Source: Plasmodiophora brassicae (taxonomy: Eukaryota). From it: 64,000 nucleotides of DNA. Where the stretch lies: NCBI GenBank assembly GCA_036867785.1, contig CP145415.1, positions 124,001 through 188,000 on the forward strand, given 5' to 3'. The translations under genes and the position numbers were made by a program. The notes below the pieces were generated by a model. The model worked only from the letters and a program-made list of their open reading frames with translations, searched no databases and was not told the origin of the DNA. Shown here in pieces: positions 1-13,600 of the stretch. How positions within the stretch are numbered: position 1 is the first letter of the stretch; every line of letters begins with the position of its first letter.

Positions 1-1271
1 GGCGACGACGCAGCGGGCGCAGCGCCCGCGCCAGGCGCTCGGCGTCGTCCCACGACGCGTACCCGACGCCGAACGAGACGGCGATGGCCCGGTTCAGGAC
101 GACGTCGGTGGCGAACGGCGAGCTCAGACGGCCGGCCACGTGCAGGCGCAGGAGGGCGGCCGCGCCGTCGTCGCGCGGCACCACACGCACCGTCGCGTAC
201 TTGTCGGCGCCGCTCGACGTGATCAGCGCGGTCAGCTTCGCGATGCGCTCCCGGTCGCTGAGCGACGTGTCGAGGAAGTGCCTGAGGAACGCACGCGCCG
301 GCTGGGTCGGCCGCCGCCTGTGGAACGCCTTGGCGCCCGACACGACTTGCTCGGCGACCGACAGCGTCGCCGAGCGGTGGTGCAGGCGCGCGTGCAACGC
401 GCCCAGGTCGGGCGACGCCGCCGTCGACACGACGTCGTTGCCGCACAGGTTCGCCACGACGGGCCTGCGGCGGGCGGTCAACGTCAGGGAACGACAGGAG
501 CAACGCGACCGACGTACAGGAACGAGACGGGCACGCCGAGGACACTGGCGGTGCGGGCGGCGTGGTACACCTTGCCGGACATGGTGCCGTCGTCGTCGAG
601 CGCCAGCGACGCGAACGGGACGTAGCCGGCGGTCATGGCGAAGATGAGGTATTCGGTGTCCTGGGCGAGGACGCCGACGGCGCCGGTGGCGTCCGCAAGG
701 CGCGCGCACTCGTCGTCGGCCTCAAACAGGGCGACCGACACGGTGACCGTCGGGTGCCGCGTGGCGATCGCCTGCCGCAGGCACAGCTTGCAGAGGTCCG
801 GGACGCGCGTCCGCTCCACGTCGACCTGGGCCAGCGACCCGCGCGACGACCGCAGGCGCTTGTCGATGCCGGCGCACACGTCCGCACACGTTCGACCTGC
901 ACGGGCGCGTGCTCAGACGATCGGCGACGATGACAGGCGGGCGGCGCACACTGACGCCGGCCGATGCGGGTGTCGCGTTTGGCGCCGGGAAGGGCGCCGT
1001 CGAACACGACGTGAAGGGGGACGCCGACGCGCGTGAACCGGTGCAGGAAGTCGTCGACGAGGTCGGTGAACTGGCGGAAGCAGCCGCCGGTGACGGCGTG
1101 CAGGGCGGCGGACAGGCCGAGCCGGCCGTGCAGGTAGTACAGCAGGCTATCGCCGTCGATGATGAACCCGCGTCGCCCGTTGTCGTCCGGCGCCGCCCGC
1201 GTCAGGTCCACCGCCCGCGCCAGCAGGTGGTCCACCGGGCGCAGCGCCTGCGGCAGCCCGCGCACGCCCAT
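1..1271 (-). CDS. Asteroid/FAM120-like XPG-N/PIN-fold nuclease-domain protein (spliced; 3' end runs off the window)
   Basis: Starts MGVRGL and carries IIDGDSLLY, VVFDG, EADDECARLA and VLAQDTEYLIF, the acidic motifs of FEN1/XPG/Asteroid PIN domains. GT-AG intron at about 897-955. Confidence 0.75.
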
Positions 1272-1524
1272 CGCCAGCGCAAGCTGCAAACACGCGCCAC
1301 GGACTGCGCGAGCCCGCTGCGTCGACCGACTGTGGGGGGTACAGCGCAGCCGACGAGCTGCAGTGCCGCGGCCTGTCGCCACGGACTACGTCGACGCCTC
1401 GTCAACCACCTGATGACGTCAACGCCAGGAGGAGGCGGTGGCCGGGGGACCACCGGCCCTCCCCATCGGACCTGGACTATATTACGATACAGTATGTACA
1501 GCCGGGGATGGGGGGTTCAGCCCG

Positions 1525-4500
1525 TTACCGCGCGGCGAGGACGCAGCAGGGCCCCGTACAGCCCGGGTCGTACAGGAACGACGCGGCGTGGGCGTGCATG
1601 TCGGCGCAGCAGCAGCAGGTCCTCAGGTTCGGGGCGTGCCGGCGCACGGCGGGCGCCACGTCGACGAGGCACTGGCTGCAGACCGGGTCGTTGCACGACG
1701 AGCAGATGCGCTTGCGCCGGTTCTGCAGCCTGGAGAACGGGCGCAGGCAGAGCTTGCAGTGGTCGCGCGTCGCCGGGCTCATGGCGATCCCGATCGGCGT
1801 CGCTTCGTCCTCGTCGGCGCTCTGGAACGCCAGGCGCTTGCCGATGAACGCCGACGTGGAGCACAGCAGGCGCAGGGCCTGCGCGTCGACGGCGCCCTGC
1901 GTCTTCATCGACTCCACCGTCCGGCGCACGAGCGTGCAACGGGCGCGGCGCGCCCCGTCGATCGCCTCGTTGATCTCCAGCATCCACTCGCGCTTCTCGG
2001 AGCTGGAGCTGGCGAACAGCGTCAGGCGCTTCTGCGGGTTGGCCACGACGAACCCGTGCGCCCGGTCGTCGGCGTCGCCGCCGCCGTCGGGCAGGTCGAC
2101 GACGTGGCAGAAGGCGACCTGGACGGCGCGGTGGATGGCGACGCAGGTGCCCCCGCCCGATCCCGCGTACGACACGCCGTACAGCAGCACGTCGTTGAAC
2201 AGGAACACGTCGTAGACGCGCAGCTCGTTCTGCCTGCCGCACTGCTTCCGCAGGACGCCATGCGCCAGGAACCGCCGGGACGGGTCGGCGATGACCGCCG
2301 CCGTGTCGCCCTGGATCGACAGGTGCAGGTCGGCCAGCTTGCGGGCGTTGCACTCCAGGGCCGTGCGGCGGATGAAACGATCCAGCATGGCGCGCAAGGC
2401 GCCCACGGGTTCGCCCGAATGCGTCACGGCCCACGCTTTCTGCCCACACACAGACACGCCCCGTTCAGATGGGCGACGAACAACGACGGCAATATGCCGA
2501 CCACACGCTGACCTCTAGCCACAGGTTCTTCAGTTGGAACGCCTTGCCCAGGGATGCGCCCTCGCCCTCGTCGGGGACGACAGAGTCGACCAGCTGGTCG
2601 GCTACGGCAGACATCGTCAGTACAACGCAGGGACGCGACGACGACGACGTCACTACCGATATCGTTGCAGACGTCCTCGTCGCCGAGAACGGCCGCGCAG
2701 CAGAACAGGTACTTCAGGGCGCTCATGCCCATCGCGATCAGTCTGACACGCGGACGTCAGCGGGACGTTGCCGGGCAGGCGCGCCACCCACCTCATGTCG
2801 TCGTTCCTCATCAGCAGGCGTACCGCATCGCCAACGCGAGCAGACGCGTGACGCAGGCAGGCGCGGAACGCATCCGGATGCGCATCACATGGTCGGCCGG
2901 CATCCACCACCGCGCTTGCGAACTCTAACGAGGCATCAGAACGGGGCTTTAGGGTTTGCGAACGGCGTGCACCGACCGGACGTGAGCGTCAGGCGGGCCT
3001 GCGTGCATTGCCAGATGCGCACGAGCTGCGAGGCGTCCGACGCACGCGGCGCGAACGGCTCGTGGACCAGGCGGTCGTACATGGCCTCGAATTCGGCAGT
3101 GGAATAGTTGCAGCCAATGGTCGCACAGGTCGACAGGAACGACGATTTCGTCATGCGGTCCGTCCTGTGCATTGGCGCGGTCAGATCGCGGACGACGACG
3201 ATGCGCGCCCGCCCGGTTGCGCCTACTGTTTGACGTTCGGGTTCTGCAGGCCCGTGTTGACCAGCAGCAGGAGGAACGTGAGGACCATGGCGGAATCCGC
3301 CGTGGGGAACCTCGACGGGTTCCTCTCGAACAGGACGACGGTCGCGAACGTGTTCAGGATCCGTTCGATCTTCTGCGTCTCGACGGGCAGCGAGAAGCCG
3401 GTGTCGCCGAGCAGGACCCGCATCGACCCGATGACGTCATCCGCTGGGTAGGCGAACCCGCGCAGGTATGCTCGCCTCAGCGTCTCCTCGTTGGGGCGAT
3501 CGGCAGCAGGCCGGGTCCCGCCCAGGTATTCGCCCAGCGACGCGGCGCTGACCCGATGGCACTGCGACAGTAGAAGCAGGGCGATCGCGGTCGGGTCGCC
3601 CTCAAGGCTGGACAGGGCATCGTTGCGAATGCATTCGTCGGCGTGTGCGCGCCACGTCGATCGGCCATGCTGCGGTCCCCCCGCGCCATGGCAGGAACCG
3701 TCCATGGCCGACGCCGCGTCAAACATCGCCCGGCATACGGTCTGGACAATGTTCAGCACGTGCCGCTGCATGACCAGGTTGCCGCGTTCAGCGACATCCG
3801 ACGAGAACGGGACCAGGCAGTCGAGGATCGCCGCGACGACCTCGCCGCCTTCGTCCCGCAGGGCAACGTCGAACCGGGACAGCGCCCGCGTGAACGACGC
3901 CGGCGCGTCGATCGTGCCGACCAACGTGTCCAGCAGCAGGAGGCGGCGATCCAGGGGGGAGACCGTCGACGACGCGATCGTCCGAGAGACGCAGCACGAG
4001 AACAGCGACGAGAGCTCGTGCGGAAACACGTCCAGGAAGGACCTGACATCACGCCGCGTGTTAGCCCGACGTTGCATGTTCGATCTCGCAGAGCCATACC
4101 CGGCCAGGTGCTGAACAGTCGACACGACCAGGCGCAGCTCGCGCTCGTCAGCGCCGAACATGCGCTTCAGAAGCGCGCTGAACAGGAAGCACTTCACGAC
4201 CCGGGACACGGGCGCGGCCGGGACCACCTGCCGCACGCCCGGGCACTCGAGGTGGCGCTTCAGGACGACGAGCGCATCGCTCCTCCAACCCGCCATCTGG
4301 CTGGCGACCGCCTGGCGATCGTGCCCGTCGAACCCGTCGTCCGGCACGGCCACGCAGGCCACCTTGCAGAGCGCGACGACGACCGTCGCCCAGATCCGAC
4401 GCGGGTCGTCACGCTCGAACAGCGCATCGAACAGGCCTGCACACACATGTCACGCGGCGAAGGCGGTCGTCACACCCGTTTGCACAACGGTCGTACCGTT

Positions 4501-5556
4501 GAGCGCCCCGGGGAACGCTTCATGGCCAACAGGGAACGCCATGGCGTTGGCGAACAGGGACGGCAGCGAGGGGCTATCGTCAGCACGGCCATCTGGTTCC
4601 CGGTGCAACAACGCCCGCTGGAGCGCATCGGCAAGCAGGCCGCCGAGGAACTCGCGACGTTGCTGCCGACGCTGGGTCTGGAACGACGCCGCCACAGCAA
4701 ACAGCAACGAATCGGGGCGCGGCACGGTCAGCGACACCGCCCGGCGAACGACGCCCGTCAGCGTCGCAATGAACTCGTCGTAGAACGGGACCGACGGCGC
4801 CGCCATGGCCTCCGACGACACGACGCCGACGAGCTGGTCGACGACGTCGCGCAGGGCGTCGTCGGCGGCGCCCGACCCGACGACGTCCTTGATCGACGAC
4901 AGCGCGATCATGATCGACGAGGGCGTTCGGCTGCGTAACCCCATCAGCAACGGGCGCAGGTACGCCACGACCGGCAGCGACGACTGCAGCAGGAGCGGGC
5001 GTTCGTCCTTCTCCACGTACAGGAACGCGTCGGCGGACGACGACGACGAGAACGAGGCCGACCGCGCCCAGGGCGTGACGGATATCGCGCGGGCCGCCGG
5101 CGACGCGTTCATGGCGAGGTTCGTGACCACGCCAACGCCAACCCGGGAGTAGCAGAGCCACAGCGGCGGCGGGCGGGACGACCCCGGACGGACGCTGCGC
5201 ATCGGAACAGGATGGTAGCCGAAGGGCGGGCATTCGTTGTTCGCCGGCGAATAGACCTGCACGTCGGTGACGGGCGGGCGCCGTTCATCGCGCAGGATCG
5301 CCAACCGCAACGCCTGCTTGCCGACGCGGAAGACGGCGTCGTCGACAGCGACCCAGGGCGCCGGCGGGTCGGTCTGCGTCAGCGCGACGTCGACGACGGG
5401 CGGCGAGGAGACGGGCGCAGCGACGATCTCGTACGCCGGGTCGGCGAGGACGGCCGTGCACAGCGCGCTGTACGTGCCGTGGTCGCGCATCAGCCGGTAG
5501 ACGGCGCCGATGACGCCCTTGAGCCGGGCGTCGGCGTCCCCGTCGCCATCGACCAT
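1525..5556 (-). CDS. Sec7-domain ARF-GEF with N-terminal MABP-like domain and C-terminal PH + FYVE-type zinc finger (multi-exon)
   Basis: Sec7 motifs LGEYLG, FSLPVETQKIERIL (Glu finger), LLVNTGLQNPNVK and MTKSSFL. PH motifs VFLFNDVLLY and EKREWMLEINEAI. Cys-rich FYVE-like finger (CKLC..CSSC..VCSQC..TCCCC). Exons join in frame through short GT-AG introns near 4447, 3170-3225, 2925-2982, 2742-2790, 2600-2657 and 2450-2510. Confidence 0.75.
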
Positions 5557-5794
5557 CGACGGTTACAAGGCCAACCGCCGCGGACAGACGGATCGTGTGC
5601 AGCTCACACAGTGGCGGTGTGTGTGTGTGTGGCGACGTCGTCCGGTGGCGCCGCTGTCGTTCCCGAAATAGGAGCGCCCACGGGCATGCCGCGCCGTCGT
5701 CGCGACGCGTTTGCGCGCGGTCCGCGCAGTTGTCAGTGCCGCCTCGACCGATTGCTGCACTCGGCCGGCCGACGAACCGGCGCCCACGTCCGTG

Positions 5795-7191
5795 ATGACC
5801 GCGACGGGCGGCGTCACGTGCGTCGCGAGTCTCGACGGTGCGTCCCGCGCGTCTGCGTGGTTCGCGCCGTCGCTGCCGCTGACTCTCACGCGACCCAGGG
5901 CACAAGGACGTGGTATGGTCGGTGGCGTGGTCGCCGCCGGGCGACCTGCTGGCGTCGTGCTCGTCGGATCGCACGATTCGGATCTGGGCGCACGAACGGG
6001 ATGGACGCTGGCTCTGCGTCGCTGTCCTGGACTCGGTGCGTTTGCGCCCCCCCGATAGGCAGCCGCGCTGGGCGTCGCTCACGTCGCCGCTAGGCACATC
6101 GTCGTACCGTGCGAAGTGTGGCGTGGTCGCCCGATGCCACGATGCTGGCATCGGGCGGGTTCGACGGCCTGGTCTGCATCTGGCAACGCGACACCGATGA
6201 AGACGCGACCGAGTACCGATGCGTGGCCACCCTCGAAGGCCACGACAACGAGGTCAAGTCGGTCGCGTGGTGCGCGACGTCAGACAGCCCGCTGCTGGCG
6301 ACCTGTAGCCGCGACAAGAGCGTCTGGATCTGGGAGCGTACGTGACGTCCGGCACATTCGTTTCCTCCCCCCAGTGCTCCTGATCGTGGGGCTGTCGCAG
6401 TCGTCGACGATGGCGATTTCGAATGCGTGTCCGTCCTGCAAGGGCACACGCAGGACGTGAAACTTGTGAAATGGGCCCCGGCGCAAACCATGCTTGTATC
6501 GGCCTCGTAGGCGGGCGCGCTCGTCTGGCACTGTGATAACCATGCTAACCCCCTGGTCGTTGGGAAGGTACGACGACACGCTGCGCGTCTGGGCCGAAGA
6601 CGAGGACGACTGGTTCTGCGTGTCGGTCCTTAAGGGCCACACGTCCACCGTCTGGTCGTGCGATTTCATCGACCGCCGCGGCGAACGAATGGGTACGGTC
6701 GCGTGTGGAATTCGTCAACGGATGCGAACCTGACGTCCGGGTTGCCGAACGACAGCGTCGTGCAGCGACGACCGCACCGTCATCATCTGGCACAATCCCG
6801 CGTACGCCGACCTGCCTTCGGAAGGTTCGACGCGCCGCCATTCGCCCGTGTCCCGCCCCTGTCTCATGCCGGGTTCCCAGCGCAATGGACACAGGTGCAG
6901 GTGATTGCCGGGTGCCATGACCGCCCAATCATGTCGCTGTCGTGGCGTCCCGGTTCGTCGGCGTTCGCGACCTCGGGAGCCGACGACAAGATCTGCTTCT
7001 ACGCAGGCGGCGATGCTGGTGATGATGATGATAAGGATGATGCTGGTCGGTATCGTGTACGCGGTTGCATTGAGCACGCGCATGAAGGCGAGATCAATGT
7101 CGTGTGTTGGTCCCCCGCCGGAGACATGCTCGCGTCCGCCGGGGACGACCACACCGTGCGACTGTGGGCCGCTAGTCCCATCGATACATGA
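5795..7191 (+). CDS. CIA1: Cytosolic iron-sulfur assembly WD40 protein CIA1/CIAO1 (multi-exon)
   Basis: WD40 repeats with CIA1-typical segments: [91 protein letters not shown]. Confidence 0.9.
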
Positions 7192-7631
7192 TCGAGTGTT
7201 TGACGCCTCCACGACCGGTTTCTGGTGCGTCTGGGTAGGCAACAACAGCAAATAGAGTACGAGCAGCGACGACAACCGACAGAACGTGGCCGGTTCTGCT
7301 CGACTCGGTTCAATTGCCGATCAGCAGTCTCATGCGTTCAACTTTGATGACGTCGTCGCAGGCATTTCATACACACGGTGGTCGCAAACGAGTGCCTCCT
7401 ACCTCCATAGCCTTGGCACAAACCGTCAATCGTGGACGAGTGACGACAGTCGGCGGAATACGCGTTCCAGTCTCTGAGACATCGTCCACTAATGCATAGA
7501 TGAGGGCGGGCTCGAGCCGCGTCCGTTAGCGTCGCTCCTGAGGACCAGTCGTCGTAGGTACACGACTCGATCTCGATCCCTGGGCGTGTGACATAATCTA
7601 ACGTTTGGACGGTCGGCGTGCCCAGGGGTCG

Positions 7632-10428
7632 ATGTTGGTCGGCGCCGATGGCGTCGCCGCGGCCGACGACCTGATCCAGCACCTGCATTCCCCAACGTTA
7701 CGCTGTGACGCGTTGAACCGCCTGCGACAGCTGCCGTCGAGCGCGCTGACCAACGTATCGGGGATCGCGCCGGCCCTAGCGCCGTGCCTGACGGACCCGA
7801 ACGCGACCGTCATCCTGCACGCGCTCCAGCTGATCGCCAACCTCGCACCGGTCCTGGCACCGCTGTCGCTGCCGAAGCTCGCCCCGCACCTGATCGATGC
7901 GCTGGCGCACCCGAAGTCGGTCGTGTCGGACCGGACGTTGAGGACGCTGTCGGTCCTGGCGGAAACCAGCCCCGACATTGTCGTCGATGCGCTCGACGTA
8001 TGCGGGTTCCGCAACTGTGACGCCAACGTGCGCTGCGAGGCGCTCTCGGCGTTCGCCTTCCTGTTCACCCGCAACGTCCTGAAGTCGACGGCGCTCTTCC
8101 CCGAGATCCGACGCCTTGCTGACAACGACACCGACGCCCACGTTCGACAGGTACGCGGCTGCGTTGCAGGCCGACGCTGACCGCTCCTCGTTCTGATCGT
8201 GTCGCGTTTGTCGTAGACGGCGCTGGCGTCGCTGAACACGGTCCACAACCATGTCGCAGGTCCGCTAACAAGCAATGCTCAGCACCGGGACGGCAACGTA
8301 CCCGAAAGCCTTCCGGGCGCCGCAACGCGTGCGCCAGGGCTTGCGACAGCGACCCGCCGGTCGTCCCAGACGGCGCGCCCCATTCATTCCGCCCTGCCCA
8401 AGGCGAACATGACGTCGCCAACGGCAGACGAGAGGAACCCGAATGATGCAGCGGTATCGTTGCCAGACCGCGATGACGTCAAGGAGGAACCGACATCCGC
8501 CTCGACGCTGTTGCAGCCGAACGACCCGATGCACATCGCCTCCAAATTGCGGGCGCTGAAGGCCAAAGGGCGTCGAGCGTTCTCGGCCCAGGTGCAACGG
8601 TCGCCGTCGCAGGAAGCGTTCTCGGTGGACGTGGGCATCACGACGAATCCGCTACCGGCGTCGGCGGGGCCGATCCTGGGCAACGCAGTGCATACCCTGA
8701 TGCAGACCACGCCGGCGGGCGAGTGCTGGAAGGCGCCGTCGCGACGTCAGCCACGCCGAAGCACGGGCATGGGGCGACGCATGGAAGGCGTGCTGTGCCG
8801 CGACAGGTACACGGAGACGAGCGAGGTCATGGCCATGGTGTCGCACGACATCGACGCCGAGTGCGCCCGGGTCGTCGCCGACCTGCAGTCGACCGCCTGG
8901 GAGACGAAGTTCACGGCGCTCGGCACGCTGCGCCGCCTCGCCGTCCACCACCACGATCAGCTGCACCCGTACATCACGTCGACGATGACGGGCGCGATCC
9001 TGTCGTCGATTGCGTCGCTGCGGTCGTCGCTGGCCCGGAACGCGCTGCTGGCCATGACCGACCTCGTGTCCTGCTGCGGGTCGTCATTCGACCGGCCCGC
9101 GCTGCTGTCGATCATACCTGAACTTCTACGACGGGCCACCGACTCGAACGAGTTCCTCGCCGTCGAAGCGCAGAAGGCACTGGACGCCATCGCGAGCCTG
9201 AAGCATTCCACGCAGGCGCTGCTGGACGTTCGCGGGCGGACCCAGGGCGAGAAAGCGCACATCGCCGCCTGCCTCCTGCGATGCGTCAACCGGCGCGGGT
9301 GCCCGTCCGGATCCACGCCGCGCCTCCTGAAGCTCGCGTGCGCGTTCCTCGAGGAGGGCGCCAGCGACGTCCGCCAGGTCGCCAAATCGCTCGTCTGCGC
9401 GATCGCGTCGCGACTGACGCCCGCCGCCCTCTGCGACACCGCCGCCGTCGTCCTCACGGCGCGCCAGGCCGACCTCGTCCGCAACGTCCTCGCCAAGGCG
9501 TCCCCGTCGGCGACCCACTCAAAACCGCAATGGGACCTGACACCGCAGGTACGCTGTGCACCGCTTCCGTTCGTTCTATGTTACGCCCCACACACTGTTC
9601 CTCGGGCACTGCCACGCAAACTGTTCCTTTTTCCCGCCACTGCGGTGCTATTTTTGCCACGTTTCCCGCGTCTATTTATGTCGAGCGGGCCACTGACGTG
9701 TCGCCTAGCGCGTGGGTACGTGGACGTCGTACGGGGAGGAGCAGGGCGGTGAGCAGCCGGTGGCGATCGTGCTGGGCCCGACGGTGGACGCGAACCTGGC
9801 GTCCAGCGAATGGCGTCGCCGGCTGCAGGGGCTGGACGGGGTCCTGCTGGCGATTCGCAGCGTGTCGCTGCTGACGAGCGGCGACGTCCTGCTGCTGACG
9901 GATCGGATCGGGCCGCGCCTGAGCGATGCGAACAGCAAGGTGACGATGTGCGCCCTGGACGCGTTCAACTGCATGGTCGAGGGCCTACCCGGGCCCATGT
10001 CCGCGGCGGCGTTAACCGAGACGCTGCCGTCGCTGTGCGCTTGCATGGCATCGTCGCATGCGAACGTGCGGAACCTGGCGAGCTCCGTCGTCGACACGCT
10101 GATGCACCGGTCGCACGGGCCTGAACTGCTGGCGCAGCTCGCGCGCCTGGCGTCGTTCGGGAACATTCGTGTGAAAGCCGCCGCTGTCGCCAAGCTCGCC
10201 GTCCTCGTCGACCTTGTCGTCAACAAGGCCGCGGTACGAAAGCACGCGCTACCGCTGGCGATTGCGCTGCTCGACGAGCGGAAGGGCGACGTGTACCGCG
10301 CGAATCGTCAACTGCTCCACGCGCTTGAGGCCTGCCTCGACAAGCAGGTCTGGGCTGACGAGATCTTGGCCCTGTCCGCCGACAAGGCCAAGAAGCTCCA
10401 CGAAATGTTTGTCAGCAGCGTTCCGTAA
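7632..10428 (+). CDS. TOG/HEAT-repeat microtubule-binding protein (CLASP-N / TOGARAM-Crescerin-like; multi-exon)
   Basis: Three HEAT-repeat blocks. WETKFTALGTLRRLA..SLRSSLARNALLAMTDL and EWRRRLQGL..RLSDANSKV are typical TOG/CLASP_N signatures. Confidence 0.7.
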
Positions 10429-10601
10429 CGCCAGCCCCGCGTAGACAACTTATTATTATCCTACCTGATATTCCTAAATACACGCAACTGCGCGCGCCAC
10501 TGTAGCAGTCGTCGTGACCGGCGTCAGTCCCTGTCGCAAGTCGAAGCTGCCCGTCAGTGCCCGGCGCTGGTTCGTCATCGGGCGGTCATGCGACGACGTT
10601 G

Positions 10602-13600
10602 ATGAGCCGCCTACCGGAGCCGGGATGGAGTTCGGGTCGGCCGCGCCGATCCGGTCCCCGTGGTCGACGCCTGCTCGACGTGCGCATGCAGCACCTCGAA
10701 CTGAACGTCCCGAAACCTGCGCCGCCGGCGTCGAGGAAGGCGTCTGCGAAAGCGGTCCGGGCGCGTGCGTCCACCCCAAAGTCGACTGAAGGTTCGCCGC
10801 CGGTGACGGCGTCGCCCAAGAGAACCGGGTCGGCTCTGCACCGGTTCTTGGCCGCGCAGGGCGCCGAGCAGATCCGCTCCTCTCTGGACGGCCTCCACCG
10901 TCGCATGAAGGAGCAGGAGTCCAAGGTCCAGGCCGTCATTGCGCAGCGCGTCGACAGCGACAGCAACCCGGGAACTGATTCCCCAGGGACCCACCGATCC
11001 GTTTCCGAACGAACGACCAGTGCGCTCGTTGAGGGTTCGCCATCACCACCTCCATTGCCATCGCCTGTCGCCGAGTCTCCAGGGAGCCCCAGAAAGCAAC
11101 TAGATCGTGCCATGGCGGAAGGCATCACTGCACCGACTTTACCGGAAACAACCATGGACGGCCTGGATGACGCCCGTCTGGCGCCATCGCCTCCAGTGCC
11201 CATTCTCCAGGGTGATAATTTTCTCAACGATTTGTCTCCTCCTCGTTCCATTGAAGATGATGACAAGGGCGCGTCGCACTCGACCTCGACAGTGTTAGCG
11301 CAATCCCCACACGAGTCGCCGGAACGTGAGGCGACGTCTCGTTCGCCTTCACCGCCTGCCTCCAATTCGTGTTCCTCTCCGTCTGCTCATCTGCATGATG
11401 ACGGAGACGATGGGTCTGCTTCAGAGTCCTGCTTCCTTGCGGCTGTTATCGAGAAGGTTGCTGGAGCGTTGCCCGATCCGGAAGTGCTGGCCGTCCCGTG
11501 TTCAGACACGAACGTGAGCCAGCCCACTGATTGTGATTCGCTCTCCGATCCTGAACATCCCGTCGGTACTTCTTTGTCGCATGATCTCGACGACGTCGTG
11601 GTCGCGTCGGCCCCCATCCAGGTCGAGCCGGCCACCGGGGCCATGGAAGGCGACACTTCTCCCGCAATGTTGCCGCCTGATCCCAGCCCCTTACCGGTGG
11701 ACGTGAACGACATGGAAGACGGGACAGCTCCGGGTGACGTCGAAAATTACACTGCTGGGGAGGGCGGCGCGTTTGATACGAACGACGGCATTCTGAATCG
11801 GATTCGTGCCGAGATTGGCGACGCCGTCGACCGGCAGGACGACGCCACCCCCGCTGATCTATCTACAACTCACCACTCCCTGTCAGCACGTATCCAAGCC
11901 GACCCTGGAGGACATCACCTTTCGACATCATCACCTGCTGGCCACGACGACGAACGTGTGGAACCCGCAGCTACGACTCTGCTAGAGGCTGTCCAGGGTG
12001 AGGCGCAGCGTCCTGCATCACCGTCGGCGATCTTCAGCTCTGTCCTGAAACGGTTCGAGGAGTTCGTTGAGCGTCGCGCCAGCCCTACCGATATTGTCAC
12101 GAATGTCGAACGGGGCCCGACCGCTTGGTCGACACTATCGCGTCCGCCGTCTGCCGCCATTTCCGAACATTCATTGACGGACGATGACACTTTTATGACT
12201 GCCGAACAGGGACCGCTTGAGGATCAATGTGACGTTGAGGGAGCATCCAACCACAGCGACGACGACCCTTGTCTGAGCAGTCCGGGTGAGTTCGCGCAAG
12301 ATGACACTTCATCATCCGCATCGGACACCTGGAATGCACCACATGGTGAACCTGAGTTTGGACAATCCCTGAGCGACGGCGAAGATGAAGACGGCGTAAC
12401 GTCGGCGGCGATTTCAGTGGCTGACGAACGCGACGCCATGCCCGGGTTGAACCAAGACCGGCCCGCCGAGCAGGCGACCTTTGCGAGCGACCCGCCTGAC
12501 GACAGCGCCGATGAGGACGTGGAAGGCGACGTCGCGCCTGCTGACAAACGCGGCAGTGCCGGAGGATGCAGTCCCGCAGTTTCGCACAGCACCATCGAGC
12601 GCAGGTCGCGTTCACCGCCTAACGACTCGGCTCCTTCGTCGCCGCACACTCCGCATTGCAGTCCTGCAGCCTGGCCTGACCTGCCAGAGCCGACACCTGA
12701 CGTCTGCGTTCTACCGGACAGCGACCCTGGGTTCGAACGCAGCAGTGACGCCGATGTTGTTCCCACGGTGGTCGAAACCCCATCCGCAGCGCCTTGTGCC
12801 CCGCCGCCTCATTGCGAACCGTCGTCACCTGGGTGCGCATCCAACACGGGCGCAGTTTCCCACGAGCGGCTGCCTGACCTCCCAGAGCCGACACCTGGCG
12901 TCTGCGTTCTACCGGACAGCGGCACTGGGTTCGAACACAGCAGTAACGCCGTCGTTGTTCCCGCGGCTGTCGAGACCCCATCCGCAGCGCCTTGTACCCC
13001 GCCGCTCCATTGCGAACCGTCGCCACCTGGGTGCGCATCCAACACGGGCGCAGTTTCCGACGATCGATGCAGCCCCGGCGTTCCGCCAGTCGCAGTCTCC
13101 TCGACGGGCGCCAGCAGCGCCGTGTCGGTCATCGGTGCGGAATTTCCCGAAACGCTCGATCCGCCAACCGGCCGCGGTGATGGTGCACCTCGTCCAGACG
13201 CTGCATGCAGCCCAGAGAATATTCGTCGCGGAGACGAAGCGTTCGGCCCGGCGGATAGTGGGGCTGGGAACAGCCACCGGGCGTCCGCCATCGCCGCCGA
13301 CTTCACCATGGACGGCGGCGGCAGACTTGGTGATCGTCCGGCGCTCGTGGACGCTTCGATCGACCGTGCCCAGAGCGTTGACCGCCTCGACGAGGAACCT
13401 CCACTAGATGGCCCATGCGACGCCGTCGAGCTGGGTATGTCTCCTTCATCAACTCAGGTTGCGCCGTCGCGCTCCGGTACGTGGAACGACCCGTCGGTCA
13501 GTCCGACCCGAATCGCGGCACTGGAACAGTATCGAGTCGATCGACGACGACGCTTGCGCCTGGAACCTGCGTCGGGGGCGCTGTCGGATGATTCCCTGAC

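Noticed and set aside
7200-7630. Possible structured ncRNA in the CIA1-TOG intergenic gap (also 16250-16700)
   Set aside because: I could not identify RNase P/MRP, SRP, snRNA or convincing C/D box signatures by eye. An Rfam scan would be needed.
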